Shown: piece by piece, positions 1 through 9,762 of the stretch
Position numbering within the stretch: the first letter of the stretch is position 1
Layout: each line of letters starts with the position of its first letter
NCBI GenBank assembly: GCA_963775805.1
Contig: CAVZKG010000001.1
Span: 767,989 to 831,988, forward strand
Reading direction: 5' to 3'
Source of the DNA: an uncultured Verrucomicrobiae bacterium
GTDB taxonomy: Bacteria; Verrucomicrobiota; Verrucomicrobiia; Chthoniobacterales; JAFAMB01
DNA: 64,000 nucleotides
The notes under the pieces: model-generated
The model's input: only the letters and a program-made list of their open reading frames with translations
What the model was told of the DNA's origin: nothing
The model's database searches: none
Position numbers and translations under genes: made by a program

Positions 1-659
1 GACGGTACAGGCTGACAGCGGATCAACGAGCGCTCGCAATCCAATTCGGCATCAGCTTCGACGAATTCTCTGAAACCAGGCTCCCTTCTTGGAACATTGC
101 GCCAACGCAGAACATTTTGGCGATTCGCAATCGGCCCGATTCCGACAAGTCTGAATTCGATGTTTTCAAATGGGGCCTGGCCCCTAGCTGGGCCAAAGAT
201 CAAAAGATCGCCTACAAAACAATCAACGCTCGCGTCGAAACCGTCGACACTTCTCCTTCCTATCGCGGGGCTTTCAAAAAACGCCGATGTCTCATCGTTG
301 CGGATGGGTTTTACGAATGGAAGCGCACCGGCAATGCCAAACAACCGTACGCGATCCAACGCCAGGATTTTACACCTTTCGCCTTCGCGGGACTGTGGGA
401 AGCGTGGCGTCAATCCGAAGAAACCGATTGGCTCATGACCTGCACCATCATCACCTGCGAGCCAAACGAGTTTATGAGCGGAATTCACAACCGGATGCCC
501 GTAATCTTGCCAGAAGAACATCATCAGGCGTGGCTTTCAGGCACAGCCGGCAAAGAAGTTCTCGTCCCCTATCCTTCCGATTTGTTATCTGCTTATCCCA
601 TCAGTACGCGCGTCAATACCCCGGTCAATAATGACCATGATATCTTGAAACCTCTCTGA
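1..659 (+). CDS. yedK: SOS-response-associated peptidase (SRAP/YedK family), 5' end cut by the window edge
   Basis: Frame 3 is open from nt 3 (RYRLTADQRALAIQFG...WNIAPTQ), so only the first few codons are missing. Listed ORF 117..659 is the in-frame continuation. Motifs WNIAPTQ, GFYEW, PFAFAGLWE and HNRMPVIL are present. Confidence 0.85.
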   Translation, partial: RYRLTADQRALAIQFGISFDEFSETRLPSWNIAPTQNILAIRNRPDSDKSEFDVFKWGLAPSWAKDQKIAYKTINARVETVDTSPSYRGAFKKRRCLIVADGFYEWKRTGNAKQPYAIQRQDFTPFAFAGLWEAWRQSEETDWLMTCTIITCEPNEFMSGIHNRMPVILPEEHHQAWLSGTAGKEVLVPYPSDLLSAYPISTRVNTPVNNDHDILKPL

Positions 660-871
660 TTCAGATTTACTAGAGCATCCCGTTGGCCAGATCGATTTGG
701 GCAAGGCCCAGCTTCGTTTTATCGACCCCTCTTGAAACTCGATAATGTATTTTATCATGTTAGGAAAGGGGATCCTTTTTGGAGACGTTTTTTCCAGAAA
801 ATTTTCACCGGCGCGTCATAATGGGAGCAGCGACAAAGCCTTTAAGGTTGCGGAAACGAATTTCCCAAATT

Positions 872-1186
872 CTAGCCTAACACCTGATCAATCCAGTCGA
901 ACGCGACGATCTCCCAAAGGCTCGCGCCCAAGCCGCAGCAATGTCCGCCGGCGCCCTCGGATTCCTCAAAGCGGTGAAAGCGCTTTTCACAACTTAACAG
1001 CTCATAGAGCCACCTACTTTGGGAGGCAAAATCGCCTTCGCCTTCCGTCACCAGCGTCGGGCAGCGGATCTCCTTTACCCGCTCTTGGATTGTGTAGGCG
1101 GGTTGCAGGCGAAGAAACTCGCCCAGCGTCTTGGCGCCCAGCGTGGCCATGCGAGCTCCGTACCGACGCTGCAGCACCGCGTCCAT
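872..1186 (-). pseudogene. C-terminal remnant of an alpha/beta-fold hydrolase
   Basis: The 104 codons resemble only the last third of alpha/beta hydrolases (EIRCPTLVTEGEGDF...GAGGHC). In-frame TAA and TGA lie just upstream of LAADPEMDAV. No nucleophile-elbow region occurs before the SDR gene end at 1336. Confidence 0.45.
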
Positions 1187-1335
1187 CTCAGGGTCCGCCG
1201 CCAGTTACCTTCAAGCTTTCCTATGATTTTTCACCTTTCGTTGTGTTGGACAGCGTCCAGTACTCATTTTCAAGACAAACTAAAGCATGTCCTCTGACGT
1301 GGCGACATTTTGGGCGTTTACGCGCGAAGTCGAGG

Positions 1336-2073
1336 CTACTCGAAGAATTTTTCTTGGTATGGGCGAAGGTCGAGTTCTAAGGTCCACGCGCTGCGCTCCT
1401 GGCAGACTAGCTGCCAGTAGACTGTCGCCATGGCATCCGGGTCCAGTTCGTCATTTGCTGCCGGACCCAAAGAAAGATCGGCGAAGCCACCGTCGAGCAC
1501 GATGTGAGCGACGTGAATGCCTCGGGGCCAGAGTTCTCGCGCCAAGGACTGCGCCAGCCCACGCGAGCCGAACTTGGCGCTGGAAAAAGCGATCCCGCCG
1601 CCACGCACAGATGACGTGGCACCGGTGAAAAGTATCGTTCCACCATCCCGGCCCGAAGCGAGCATATCGGCAGCAGCTTCTCGCGCGCAGAGCAGGGCTC
1701 CAAAGACTCCAACCCTCCACGCACGTTCAAAATCGTCCGGGTCCAGTTCCAGCAGATTGCCTCCGCGCGGCCCCCCGCCGCCACTGGCATGATTTACGAG
1801 CAAATCGGTGGGACCTAATTTTTCCCGTACCTGTCTAAACGCACCTGCAATTTCTTCTGGATCGGCCAGATCACAGGGCACCGCGAGCGCCGAATCGGAC
1901 CCGTGCTTATCATTTATCTGGCGCGCGAGTTGCTCAAGGTATTCAGTCGAACGCGCCAGCAGCGCAACTTTGCAACCTTCCTGGACGAAGCGGCGCGCCA
2001 GCGAGGCACCGAGACCGGATCCGACACCCGCTATGACGGCCACCCGAGCATTAGAACTTGAGGATGAGTTCAT
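1336..2073 (-). CDS. short-chain dehydrogenase/reductase (SDR) family oxidoreductase
   Basis: Rossmann motif AGVGSGLG, NHASGGG and an IHVAHIVLDGG tail. Start moved to ATG 2073 (MNSSSS) because the 51 upstream codons are Arg/Lys-rich. The canonical YxxxK reads FSSAK here. Confidence 0.85.
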   Translation of the reverse strand: MNSSSSSNARVAVIAGVGSGLGASLARRFVQEGCKVALLARSTEYLEQLARQINDKHGSDSALAVPCDLADPEEIAGAFRQVREKLGPTDLLVNHASGGGGPRGGNLLELDPDDFERAWRVGVFGALLCAREAAADMLASGRDGGTILFTGATSSVRGGGIAFSSAKFGSRGLAQSLARELWPRGIHVAHIVLDGGFADLSLGPAANDELDPDAMATVYWQLVCQERSAWTLELDLRPYQEKFFE

Positions 2074-2083
2074 TGAAACAAGC

Positions 2084-2287
2084 CTACACGCCTTGCGGGT
2101 TCGCTTCCACTCGGGCTGACCGGTCGATCTTTTGAGCTGCCTCAAAAAAATCTTCTTCGAGTATGTCCGAGTCCGTTCCGACTGAATCCACCTGGTGGCC
2201 ACGGTTATCGACGCCTTGGAGCACATAGAGTCCTGCGCCGATCTGTTTGATTTGATAGGTCCAATTGGAAATGTTTAGGCTGTTCAT
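2084..2287 (-). CDS. hypothetical small protein
   Basis: 67-codon ORF, co-directional with the SDR gene and 10 nt upstream of it. No family recognised. Confidence 0.3.
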   Translation of the reverse strand: MNSLNISNWTYQIKQIGAGLYVLQGVDNRGHQVDSVGTDSDILEEDFFEAAQKIDRSARVEANPQGV

Positions 2288-2516
2288 CGAATGATCCTTA
2301 GTATAGTCTAGCTCTGGCTGGGCGTCCGAGTGGGTTGTGGTTGTCCAGGTCCTGAATTTCTACGGTTCAGTCCAACTCACTGCCACTGGAGCCCCTGTGA
2401 TTTCTATCGGGGTTACGCCCGGTAACAATGACCCGCGCTCCCTCGGCGATTAGGAGTCGCCCGCCAGTCCGCTATTCCTCCTCGATCCGCTTGTGCTTCA
2501 TTTTTCAGAAAAGCGC

Positions 2517-2563
2517 TTGACACCCTACTAGCACGTGTTAAAAAAACGTCCTAGCACGTGCTA
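2517..2563 (+). promoter_or_regulatory. candidate promoter -35 box with two palindromic operator-like sites
   Basis: TTGACA at 2517-2522. Perfect palindrome TAGCACGTGCTA at 2552-2563 and a 10/12 copy TAGCACGTGTTA at 2529-2540, centres 23 bp apart, 60-100 nt upstream of the first ORF of the ABC operon. Confidence 0.4.
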
Positions 2564-2621
2564 TCAAACGCGCTGACGCCAACGCCCGATTCAGTCGATC
2601 ACACTTTAAATCACCCGGAAA

Positions 2622-3188
2622 ATGCGGACGACAACCCCCACTTTGTCAGACTCATCGACGGTGCCTCTCCCAGCGGCCCACTCGCGCCCGAGGCCATCCG
2701 ACAACGAACCCTTCTGCGGTTGGTTGTTTATTACTCCCGCTCTTGTCGGTTTCACCTTTTTTTATCTCTTGCCGACGATTCGCGGCTTTTACATCGGTCT
2801 GACGAACTGGAACCTCTTGCGAGGGCCGAAGTTTCTTGGACCGCAAAATCACAGTCGACTGCTCGGCGACGAGAAGTTCTGGAGCTCGATCTGGATTACG
2901 GTCCTTTACGTTGTTTACAATATTCCCGTCCAGACGGTGCTCGGACTCCTTATCGCAGTCCTATTGAAACGGTTGACCGGATCGGTGTTCGTTCGCTCGA
3001 TCATGCTAGCCCCATTTTTGATCTCGAACGTCATCGCCGCGATGATCTGGTTCTGGATGCTCGACCCAGTCCTCGGCTTCGTAAATTTCATCTTACAAGC
3101 AATCGGCCTAGGAAGCCACGCATTCTTCAGTGATGAACATCTGGAGAAGATTGACGTCCTAGGAAGGGATATAGTCAATAGGTACTAG
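2622..3188 (+). pseudogene. truncated duplicate (N-terminal half) of the adjacent CUT1 ABC permease
   Basis: Aligns residue by residue with the first ~170 aa of ORF 3216..4148 (FYLLPT.R..YI..T.WNLL; LAP.L.SNVI.AM.WFW.LDP.LGF). It diverges after AFF and stops. The EAA-loop half is missing. Confidence 0.75.
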
Positions 3189-3215
3189 CAAGAGTTAAAT
3201 CGAGGTTCATATTTT

Positions 3216-4148
3216 ATGGCTATCTCCCCCTCCGAAGCAACTGTCATAGTTGGAGCTACACCTAACCGCAGTCGCTTTCAAATTGATAAAACCGTTATCA
3301 CCGCCTATGCGTTTATCGCGCCAGCGGTTTTCGGATTTTTGATCTTTTATCTCTTACCGACGTTTCGGGCGATTTATATCAGCTTTACCGACTGGAATCT
3401 GTTGAGAATCCCCAAAGTGGTCGGTTGGGCCAATTACGACCGGCTTATTCACGACAAAAATTTCTGGGCGTCGATGTGGATTACCCTTTTGTATGTCATC
3501 TACAACATCCCGCCACAATTGGTGTTCGGTTTGGTCCTCGCTGTCCTTCTGCAGAGGATCAGCAAATCGGTCACTTTTCGCTCTTTGTTTCTAGCGCCGT
3601 ATTTGCTCTCCAACGTCATCGTGGCCATGCTTTGGTTTTGGACCCTCGACCCCATCCTTGGTTTTGGAAACGCGGTGCTGGGATGGTTTGGGATTGGTCC
3701 TATCGCGTTCTTCAACAGTCAGAACCTGGCTTTGGTGACGATCGCGGCGGTGAACACTTGGCGACATACCGGCTTCACGGCATTACTATTTTACACCGGG
3801 CTTCAGAATATTCCGCATGACGTCTATGAAGCGGCGCGAATTGAAGGAGCCTCTCCATTGCGACAATTCTGGAGTATTACCCTTCCGTTGCTGCGTCCGA
3901 CCATCGCGTTCGTGCTGGTGACCAGTGTGATCGGATCCTTTCAGATTTTCGATACAATCGCCGTGACGACGATGGGAGGGCCTGCCAACGCCACTCAAAC
4001 GATTGTTTGGTACGTGTATCAGAACGCGTTTGCCAGCTCCCGGATGGGCTACGCATCCGCGATGTCGGTGGTGCTCTTCCTGTTTCTGATCGTGATCTCG
4101 CTGATTCAGATGCGCGTCCTCCGATCCGGAGAATCCGACCTCAAATAG
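3216..4148 (+). CDS. carbohydrate ABC transporter permease (MalF/UgpA type)
   Basis: Multiple TM segments and an EAA-type loop (YEAARIEGASPLRQFWSITLPLLRP). Confidence 0.9.
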   Translation: MAISPSEATVIVGATPNRSRFQIDKTVITAYAFIAPAVFGFLIFYLLPTFRAIYISFTDWNLLRIPKVVGWANYDRLIHDKNFWASMWITLLYVIYNIPPQLVFGLVLAVLLQRISKSVTFRSLFLAPYLLSNVIVAMLWFWTLDPILGFGNAVLGWFGIGPIAFFNSQNLALVTIAAVNTWRHTGFTALLFYTGLQNIPHDVYEAARIEGASPLRQFWSITLPLLRPTIAFVLVTSVIGSFQIFDTIAVTTMGGPANATQTIVWYVYQNAFASSRMGYASAMSVVLFLFLIVISLIQMRVLRSGESDLK

Positions 4149-4150
4149 TC

Positions 4151-5044
4151 ATGAATACTTCAGAAACCTCTTCAAACCCATGGGGGCATCGCATCGGACT
4201 GGCCGTCCTGATCATCCTTGCGGTCGTTTCGCTCCTGCCTATCTGGATTGCCATCAAGACGGCGTTTACCGACACTGGAGCGATTTACACCAGTGCGTCA
4301 TCGTTACTCCCGAAGGATGCGACGCTTTTTAATTTCCAGCGTGTGCTTGGGCTCGCGAATCCCGCTGACCCACGTCTGGCCAAATCCGGTTTGGGGAAAA
4401 TCGACTTTCTACGAGCTCTTTTAAATAGCGTGATATTTACGACGATGGTCGTTGTTCCTCAGATCCTCTTCAGTGCAATGGCCGCGTTTGCGTTCGCACG
4501 GCTAAAATTCCCGGGAAGGAACCTCATTTTCTTCCTTTTTATCACGGCGACGATGATTCCGGGGGCAGTGCTGTTCATACCGAATTTTATTTTGATGAAG
4601 GAGTTGGGTTGGTTGAACACCTTCCAGGGGATGGCAGCTCCCTACGCTTTGATGACTCCTTTCTCGATCTTCTTTTTACGGCAAATGTTTTTGGGTACCC
4701 CAGCCGAACTCGAAGAAGCTGCCCATATCGACGGCGCCGGAATTGTGACCATCTTCTTTAAGATCATGCTGCCACTGCACACCGGTTCGCTGGCGACCCT
4801 CACGATTTTGACTTCGATCGCGATGTGGAACGAGTTTTTCTGGCCGTTCCTGATCGGACGGGATCCGGCCGTTCAAGTGATGGCAGTCGCCATCAATTCT
4901 TTCCGGACCCAATCCGCCGCGGGGACGCCTGATTGGACCGGTCTCATGGCTTGCACGGTTTTAGGAATTATTCCGGTCGCTCTTCTCCTGATTTTCTTCG
5001 GCCGCAAAGTCGTTGAATCCATCCAGTTCAGCGGTGGAAAATGA
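4151..5044 (+). CDS. carbohydrate ABC transporter permease (MalG/UgpE type)
   Basis: EAA loop EEAAHIDGAGIVTIFFKIMLPL. ATG 4151 lies 2 nt after the upstream stop. The listed longer ORF overlaps the previous gene. Confidence 0.9.
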   Translation: MNTSETSSNPWGHRIGLAVLIILAVVSLLPIWIAIKTAFTDTGAIYTSASSLLPKDATLFNFQRVLGLANPADPRLAKSGLGKIDFLRALLNSVIFTTMVVVPQILFSAMAAFAFARLKFPGRNLIFFLFITATMIPGAVLFIPNFILMKELGWLNTFQGMAAPYALMTPFSIFFLRQMFLGTPAELEEAAHIDGAGIVTIFFKIMLPLHTGSLATLTILTSIAMWNEFFWPFLIGRDPAVQVMAVAINSFRTQSAAGTPDWTGLMACTVLGIIPVALLLIFFGRKVVESIQFSGGK

Positions 5045-6384
5045 TATCCAATCCACACTCCCAACAATCCAAAATAATGCAAATCTTCAGAAAAATATTC
5101 TTCGCCACGATGGTAGCTTTCGCGGTCTCGGCTCACGCCGCCACCGAGATCAGCTATTGGTTATGGGACTCCAACCAGCTCCCAGCCTACAAGGCCTGCG
5201 CGGCCGAATTTCAGAAACAAAATCCGGACATCACGGTCAAAATCACGCAGACGGCCTGGAGTGATTACTGGACTGGAATCAGCACCGGGTTCGTCTCTGG
5301 GTCCGCGCCCGATGTTTTCACGGATCATCTGGCCCGGTATCCAGAATTTGCGCTCAACGAGCAACTGGTCGACCTGGCCCCGCTGATCAAAAAGGACAAC
5401 GTCGACACCGGAGTTTACGTGGGCGAACTCTTCAAGCTCTGGTCCAAGGAGGGGAAGCAATATGGACTTCCCAAAGATTGGGACACGATCGCAATTTTTT
5501 ACAACAAGGACATGATGAAGGCTGCGGGTGTCGATCCGGCCACTCTGGCTAATCTTGATTGGAATCCGAAGGATGGAGGGAGTTTTCAGAAGTTGATCGC
5601 GAAACTAAGCATCGACGCGGCTGGCAAAGATGGCACCTCGGCCAGTTTCGATCCTAAAAAAGTGAAGCAATATGGCTTAGTAATGCCCGGCAACCCGGAC
5701 GCCTACGGCCAGTCTGAATGGAGCCATTTCGCGGTCTCGAACGGATTCAAATTTAACGACGGGCTTTGGGCGGCTAAATTTTACTATGATGATCCGAAGT
5801 TAGCGGAGACCTTTAAATGGATCGTCGATGCCGGAAAAAAGGGATTTATCATTCCGGCCAAGGATTGCAACGAAAACACCGCAGCCGGCCTTTTTGCGGC
5901 CGGTAAAGGGGCAACTATTTTGCACGGCTCGTGGATGATCAACTGGTACAAGGAAAACTGCAAATTCGAGGTGGGGATTGCTCCGTTGGCAAAGGGTCCG
6001 GACGGGAGAAAGTCGATGTTCAACGGCTTGGCCGATTCGATTTGGATTGGGAGCAAGCACAAACCCGAGGCCTGGAAATGGGTAAAGTTTCTCGGATCTC
6101 CTGAAGCGCAAAAGATTGTCGCAAGCTATGCTGTCGTCTTTCCTGCTGCGCGCGAAGACGTTGATATCGCGAAAGAAGCTTTTGCCAAGAAAGGAATGGA
6201 TGTTAGTCCGTTTGTTGAAGAGGGAACCGACCCCAAAGTTACCTTTCTTTTTCCGGTCACTGACCATGCCAGTGATGTGGTCAGGATCATGCAGGCGGCC
6301 ATCGACCGGATCATGCTGAGTGGTGCTGATCCTGCTTCGACACTGAAATCGGCAAACCAAGAGGTAAACGCGCTCTTTCAGTAA
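5041..6384 (+). CDS. ABC transporter extracellular solute-binding protein (family 1, sugar)
   Basis: ATGA start/stop overlap with the permease gene. Signal peptide MQIFRKIFFATMVAFAVSAHA (alternative start 5077). Overall family-1 SBP pattern. Confidence 0.85.
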   Translation: MISNPHSQQSKIMQIFRKIFFATMVAFAVSAHAATEISYWLWDSNQLPAYKACAAEFQKQNPDITVKITQTAWSDYWTGISTGFVSGSAPDVFTDHLARYPEFALNEQLVDLAPLIKKDNVDTGVYVGELFKLWSKEGKQYGLPKDWDTIAIFYNKDMMKAAGVDPATLANLDWNPKDGGSFQKLIAKLSIDAAGKDGTSASFDPKKVKQYGLVMPGNPDAYGQSEWSHFAVSNGFKFNDGLWAAKFYYDDPKLAETFKWIVDAGKKGFIIPAKDCNENTAAGLFAAGKGATILHGSWMINWYKENCKFEVGIAPLAKGPDGRKSMFNGLADSIWIGSKHKPEAWKWVKFLGSPEAQKIVASYAVVFPAAREDVDIAKEAFAKKGMDVSPFVEEGTDPKVTFLFPVTDHASDVVRIMQAAIDRIMLSGADPASTLKSANQEVNALFQ

Positions 6385-6541
6385 GAAAAATAACGAGAAC
6401 GCAGCGGCGTTAAGTTCGGTATTCCAGCATAGGTCTATTGTACAATAAAACCCGAAAAATCTCGCTGACCGGCTTTCGCCCGCACCGTCTGCGGCCGGAG
6501 ATCTTTGGCCGAAATAAAACAATTATACCATGGGGGGAACG

Positions 6542-6577
6542 CAGCCCTTCGAGAAGTCGTGAGACTCCGAAGGGCTG
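6542..6577 (+). other. intercistronic GC-rich stem-loop
   Basis: Perfect 10-bp inverted repeat CAGCCCTTCG/CGAAGGGCTG. The 16-nt loop can itself pair (AGTC/GACT). It sits in the 274-nt gap between the SBP and melA-like genes and has no clear U-tract. Confidence 0.4.
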
Positions 6578-6658
6578 TTGTCGATTGCAGTTATGTCGTA
6601 GGCTTTTGCCATCGAATGATAGACCATTTAAACCCTCAATCGCTCCCACAGAAAAGCC

Positions 6659-8005
6659 ATGAGTAACTCACCAAAAAAAATTACCTTTATCGGGGCCGGA
6701 AGCACCGTTTTCGCAAAGAATCTTATTGGAGATATCCTGTCCTTCCCCGAGCTTGCAGACTCCAAGATCTGTTTGTTCGACATCAATGAGGAACGTCTCA
6801 AGACATCCGAAGTAGTTGCCCGGCGGATCGCCCAGACCCTTGGGGCTTCGGCCGCCGTCGAAGTTACGGCTGATCGTTCCCGCGCGCTCGACGGCGCCTC
6901 CTACGTAATCACCATGATTCAAGTTGGCGGTTACCGGCCGTGCACGGTCAGCGATTTCGAAATCCCAAAGCGGTACGGTCTTCGCCAGACCATTGCGGAC
7001 ACCGTGGGGATCGGCGGAATTATGCGCGCCTTGCGAACGATTCCCGTGTTGATCGACATGTGTCAGGAAATGGAACGCGTCTGTCCTCACGCCGTTCATC
7101 TGAACTATGTCAACCCGATGGCAATGAACTGCTGGGCCTTGAGCCAGGCCACGAAGATTCGAACGATCGGACTCTGCCACAGCGTTCAACACACCGCTGG
7201 AGAACTCGCCAACGATATCGGCGTTCCGCTTGAGGAAATAAACTATGTGGTCGCCGGAATCAATCACATGGCTTTTTATCTGCGCTTTGAGCGGAACGGG
7301 CAGGATCTCTATCCGGAAATCCGTCGCGTGGTCGACGAGGGGCGAGTACCCGACGGAAACCGCGTCCGATATGATATGTTCAGCCGACTCGGTTACTTCG
7401 TGACCGAGTCGAGCGAACACTTCTCTGAGTATGTTCCATGGTATATCAAGCGAGGACGGGAGGACCTCATCAAGAAGTACAATATTCCGCTCGATGAGTA
7501 TCCGCGCCGTTGCGAAGCCCTGATTGCGGAGTGGCAAAAACTTCGGACCGAGTTGGAGGTTTCAGATCTAGCGCTCAAGATCCAGCGAAGCGTTGAGTTT
7601 GGTTCTTCGATTATCCATAGCCTGGAGACGGGTGTTCCTCGAGTAGTCTACGGCAATGTGGCCAATCACGGTTTGATTGAGAACCTGCCGGTTGACTGTT
7701 GCGTCGAGGTACCGTGCGTAGTTGACAAGAATGGTGTTCAGCCGGTTCGGATCGGACGATTGCCTTCCCACCTTGCCGCGCTCATGCAAACGAACATCAA
7801 CGTGCAAGCACTGACGGTTGAAACACTCCTGAAGCGGGATCGCAATCTGATCTATTACGCGGCCATGTTAGACCCGCATACTGCTGCAGAGCTTGATCTG
7901 GACCAGATCTGGGCGCTGGTCGACGATCTCCTCGCTGCCCATGGCGATTGGATTCCGGAATACTTGCGATCCGGCAGGAAAAAGACGCAGGCTGCCGCTG
8001 CCTAA
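6659..8005 (+). CDS. melA: GH4 NAD/Mn-dependent alpha-galactosidase
   Basis: Colinear with E. coli MelA as I recall it: KITFIGAGST.F.KN, CTV.DFE..KR.GL.QTIADT.G.GGIMRALRTIP, LNYVNPMAMN, GLCHSVQ, GINHMAFYL, GYFVTESSEHF.EY.PW.IK.GREDLI. Confidence 0.9.
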   Translation: MSNSPKKITFIGAGSTVFAKNLIGDILSFPELADSKICLFDINEERLKTSEVVARRIAQTLGASAAVEVTADRSRALDGASYVITMIQVGGYRPCTVSDFEIPKRYGLRQTIADTVGIGGIMRALRTIPVLIDMCQEMERVCPHAVHLNYVNPMAMNCWALSQATKIRTIGLCHSVQHTAGELANDIGVPLEEINYVVAGINHMAFYLRFERNGQDLYPEIRRVVDEGRVPDGNRVRYDMFSRLGYFVTESSEHFSEYVPWYIKRGREDLIKKYNIPLDEYPRRCEALIAEWQKLRTELEVSDLALKIQRSVEFGSSIIHSLETGVPRVVYGNVANHGLIENLPVDCCVEVPCVVDKNGVQPVRIGRLPSHLAALMQTNINVQALTVETLLKRDRNLIYYAAMLDPHTAAELDLDQIWALVDDLLAAHGDWIPEYLRSGRKKTQAAAA

Positions 8006-8274
8006 TGACTACAGAATTTTCAGATGCTCGTTTCGGGGGCGTCACTAGCCTGCCAGCCAACACGCTCCAACCGTCTTGTACAGATCCCGTTCGCTGCTGC
8101 TTATTGAAGTTCACTGTCATTATTCCGTCCGCCCATACCTTGGGGGGAACCGGTGGGTGGGGCAACTTAGCTCCACCTGCCGGCTCATCGCAGGTGTCAT
8201 GACCGGGGCTCACATTCTTCTCGAAACGCGGAGAATAATTCCACAATGAGGATCACCAATTCGGCTGCACATGA

Positions 8275-8514
<240 letters not shown>

Positions 8515-8630
8515 GAATTCATGAAAATCCCTGATAAATCGGCAGCGTCGTTATATAGTATTGCCGATGTTGGCTTCGGGGCGTTATTACCAGGCTTTGC
8601 GTTGATTCTTCAGACTCACGATAAGCGATT

Positions 8631-9761
8631 ATGACTGGACGCGTTACGACTCACGACATTGCTCGCGAAGCGGGGGTGTCGCGAACGACCGTGTCACACG
8701 TCTTGAATAACCTTGCGGGAATCAACATTAGTCCCAAAACCCGGGCGCGCGTCCTGGCGACCGCTCGAAAACTTGGCTACGTTCCGAACTCAGCAGCTCA
8801 GATGCTCGTTACCGGGCGCAGCCGGACCATAGGCTTGATCCTGTCCCGTCCTGACCTGATTTCCGTCGATGCCTTCGTACCAAAAATGATATTTGGCATC
8901 AACGAGGCGTGTCGGGCACGAGGATATCGCTTACTAATCGAAGCCATTGAAGATTCTGCGGACGTCAACGCCTACCTGAACTTGGCGAAAAGCAAACGCA
9001 TTGACGGCCTGATCATCATCAACCCACGCAAGGGGGATGACGGGTTACGAAAATTAATCGAATCGAGGTTCCCCGTCTTGGTGTTCGGAACTTCCGGACA
9101 TCCGCAGGAAAATTCGATCGGAACACGAGATGATCAAGCCAGCTGCCAAGCAACTAAGCACCTGCTTTCGCTGGGACATCAGCGGATAGCCCATATAAGC
9201 TATGCCCCCCTTGAGTATGTCCCCGCCTGTAAACGGCTCGAAGGATATCGCGCCGCCCTTAAGGCGGCAAAAATTCCCCTCAATAAAAAGCTTTTCGCCG
9301 AGGGAGATTTCACCTGTGAGAGCGGCTACACCGCGATGAGCCAGATCCTTGCTTCGAACGCCCGTCCAACCGCGCTTTTCGCGGGTAACGACACCATTGC
9401 AATCGGAGCCATGATGGCCCTTCGTGAAGCCGGACTTTCCATTCCAGCAGACTTCGCCGTGGTTGGATACGATGACATTCCGACCGCGCCATTTACCTAT
9501 CCCCCGCTCACTACGATCCGTACCCATGCCGCTGAACAGGGAAAATTGGCCGGACGGGCTGTGATTACGCTATTGGATGGCAAAGAGATCGGAAGCCAAC
9601 AAGACGTCCTCCCGCTCGAGTTGATTATCCGAGCGTCTTGCGGAGCAAACGCAACGCGCAATACCCAATGCGCTTCTCCACTCCCTGGCTCGCAGAAACG
9701 CGTAGCGGAATCCTCAGACTCTCGAGAGCCTCAGAAAGGAGCCTCAAAGCGTCTAGCTTAG
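8631..9761 (+). CDS. LacI family transcriptional regulator
   Basis: HTH TTHDIAREAGVSRTTVSHVLNN followed by a periplasmic-binding-fold sensor. The last ~40 codons after ELIIRASCG look like a non-homologous tail. Confidence 0.9.
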   Translation: MTGRVTTHDIAREAGVSRTTVSHVLNNLAGINISPKTRARVLATARKLGYVPNSAAQMLVTGRSRTIGLILSRPDLISVDAFVPKMIFGINEACRARGYRLLIEAIEDSADVNAYLNLAKSKRIDGLIIINPRKGDDGLRKLIESRFPVLVFGTSGHPQENSIGTRDDQASCQATKHLLSLGHQRIAHISYAPLEYVPACKRLEGYRAALKAAKIPLNKKLFAEGDFTCESGYTAMSQILASNARPTALFAGNDTIAIGAMMALREAGLSIPADFAVVGYDDIPTAPFTYPPLTTIRTHAAEQGKLAGRAVITLLDGKEIGSQQDVLPLELIIRASCGANATRNTQCASPLPGSQKRVAESSDSREPQKGASKRLA

Positions 9762-9762
9762 C

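Noticed and set aside
6668-7537. 289-aa ORF antisense to the melA-like gene
   Set aside because: It is a shadow ORF inside a gene that has end-to-end GH4 motifs on the other strand. Its composition is Arg/Ser/Gly-rich and no motif is present.
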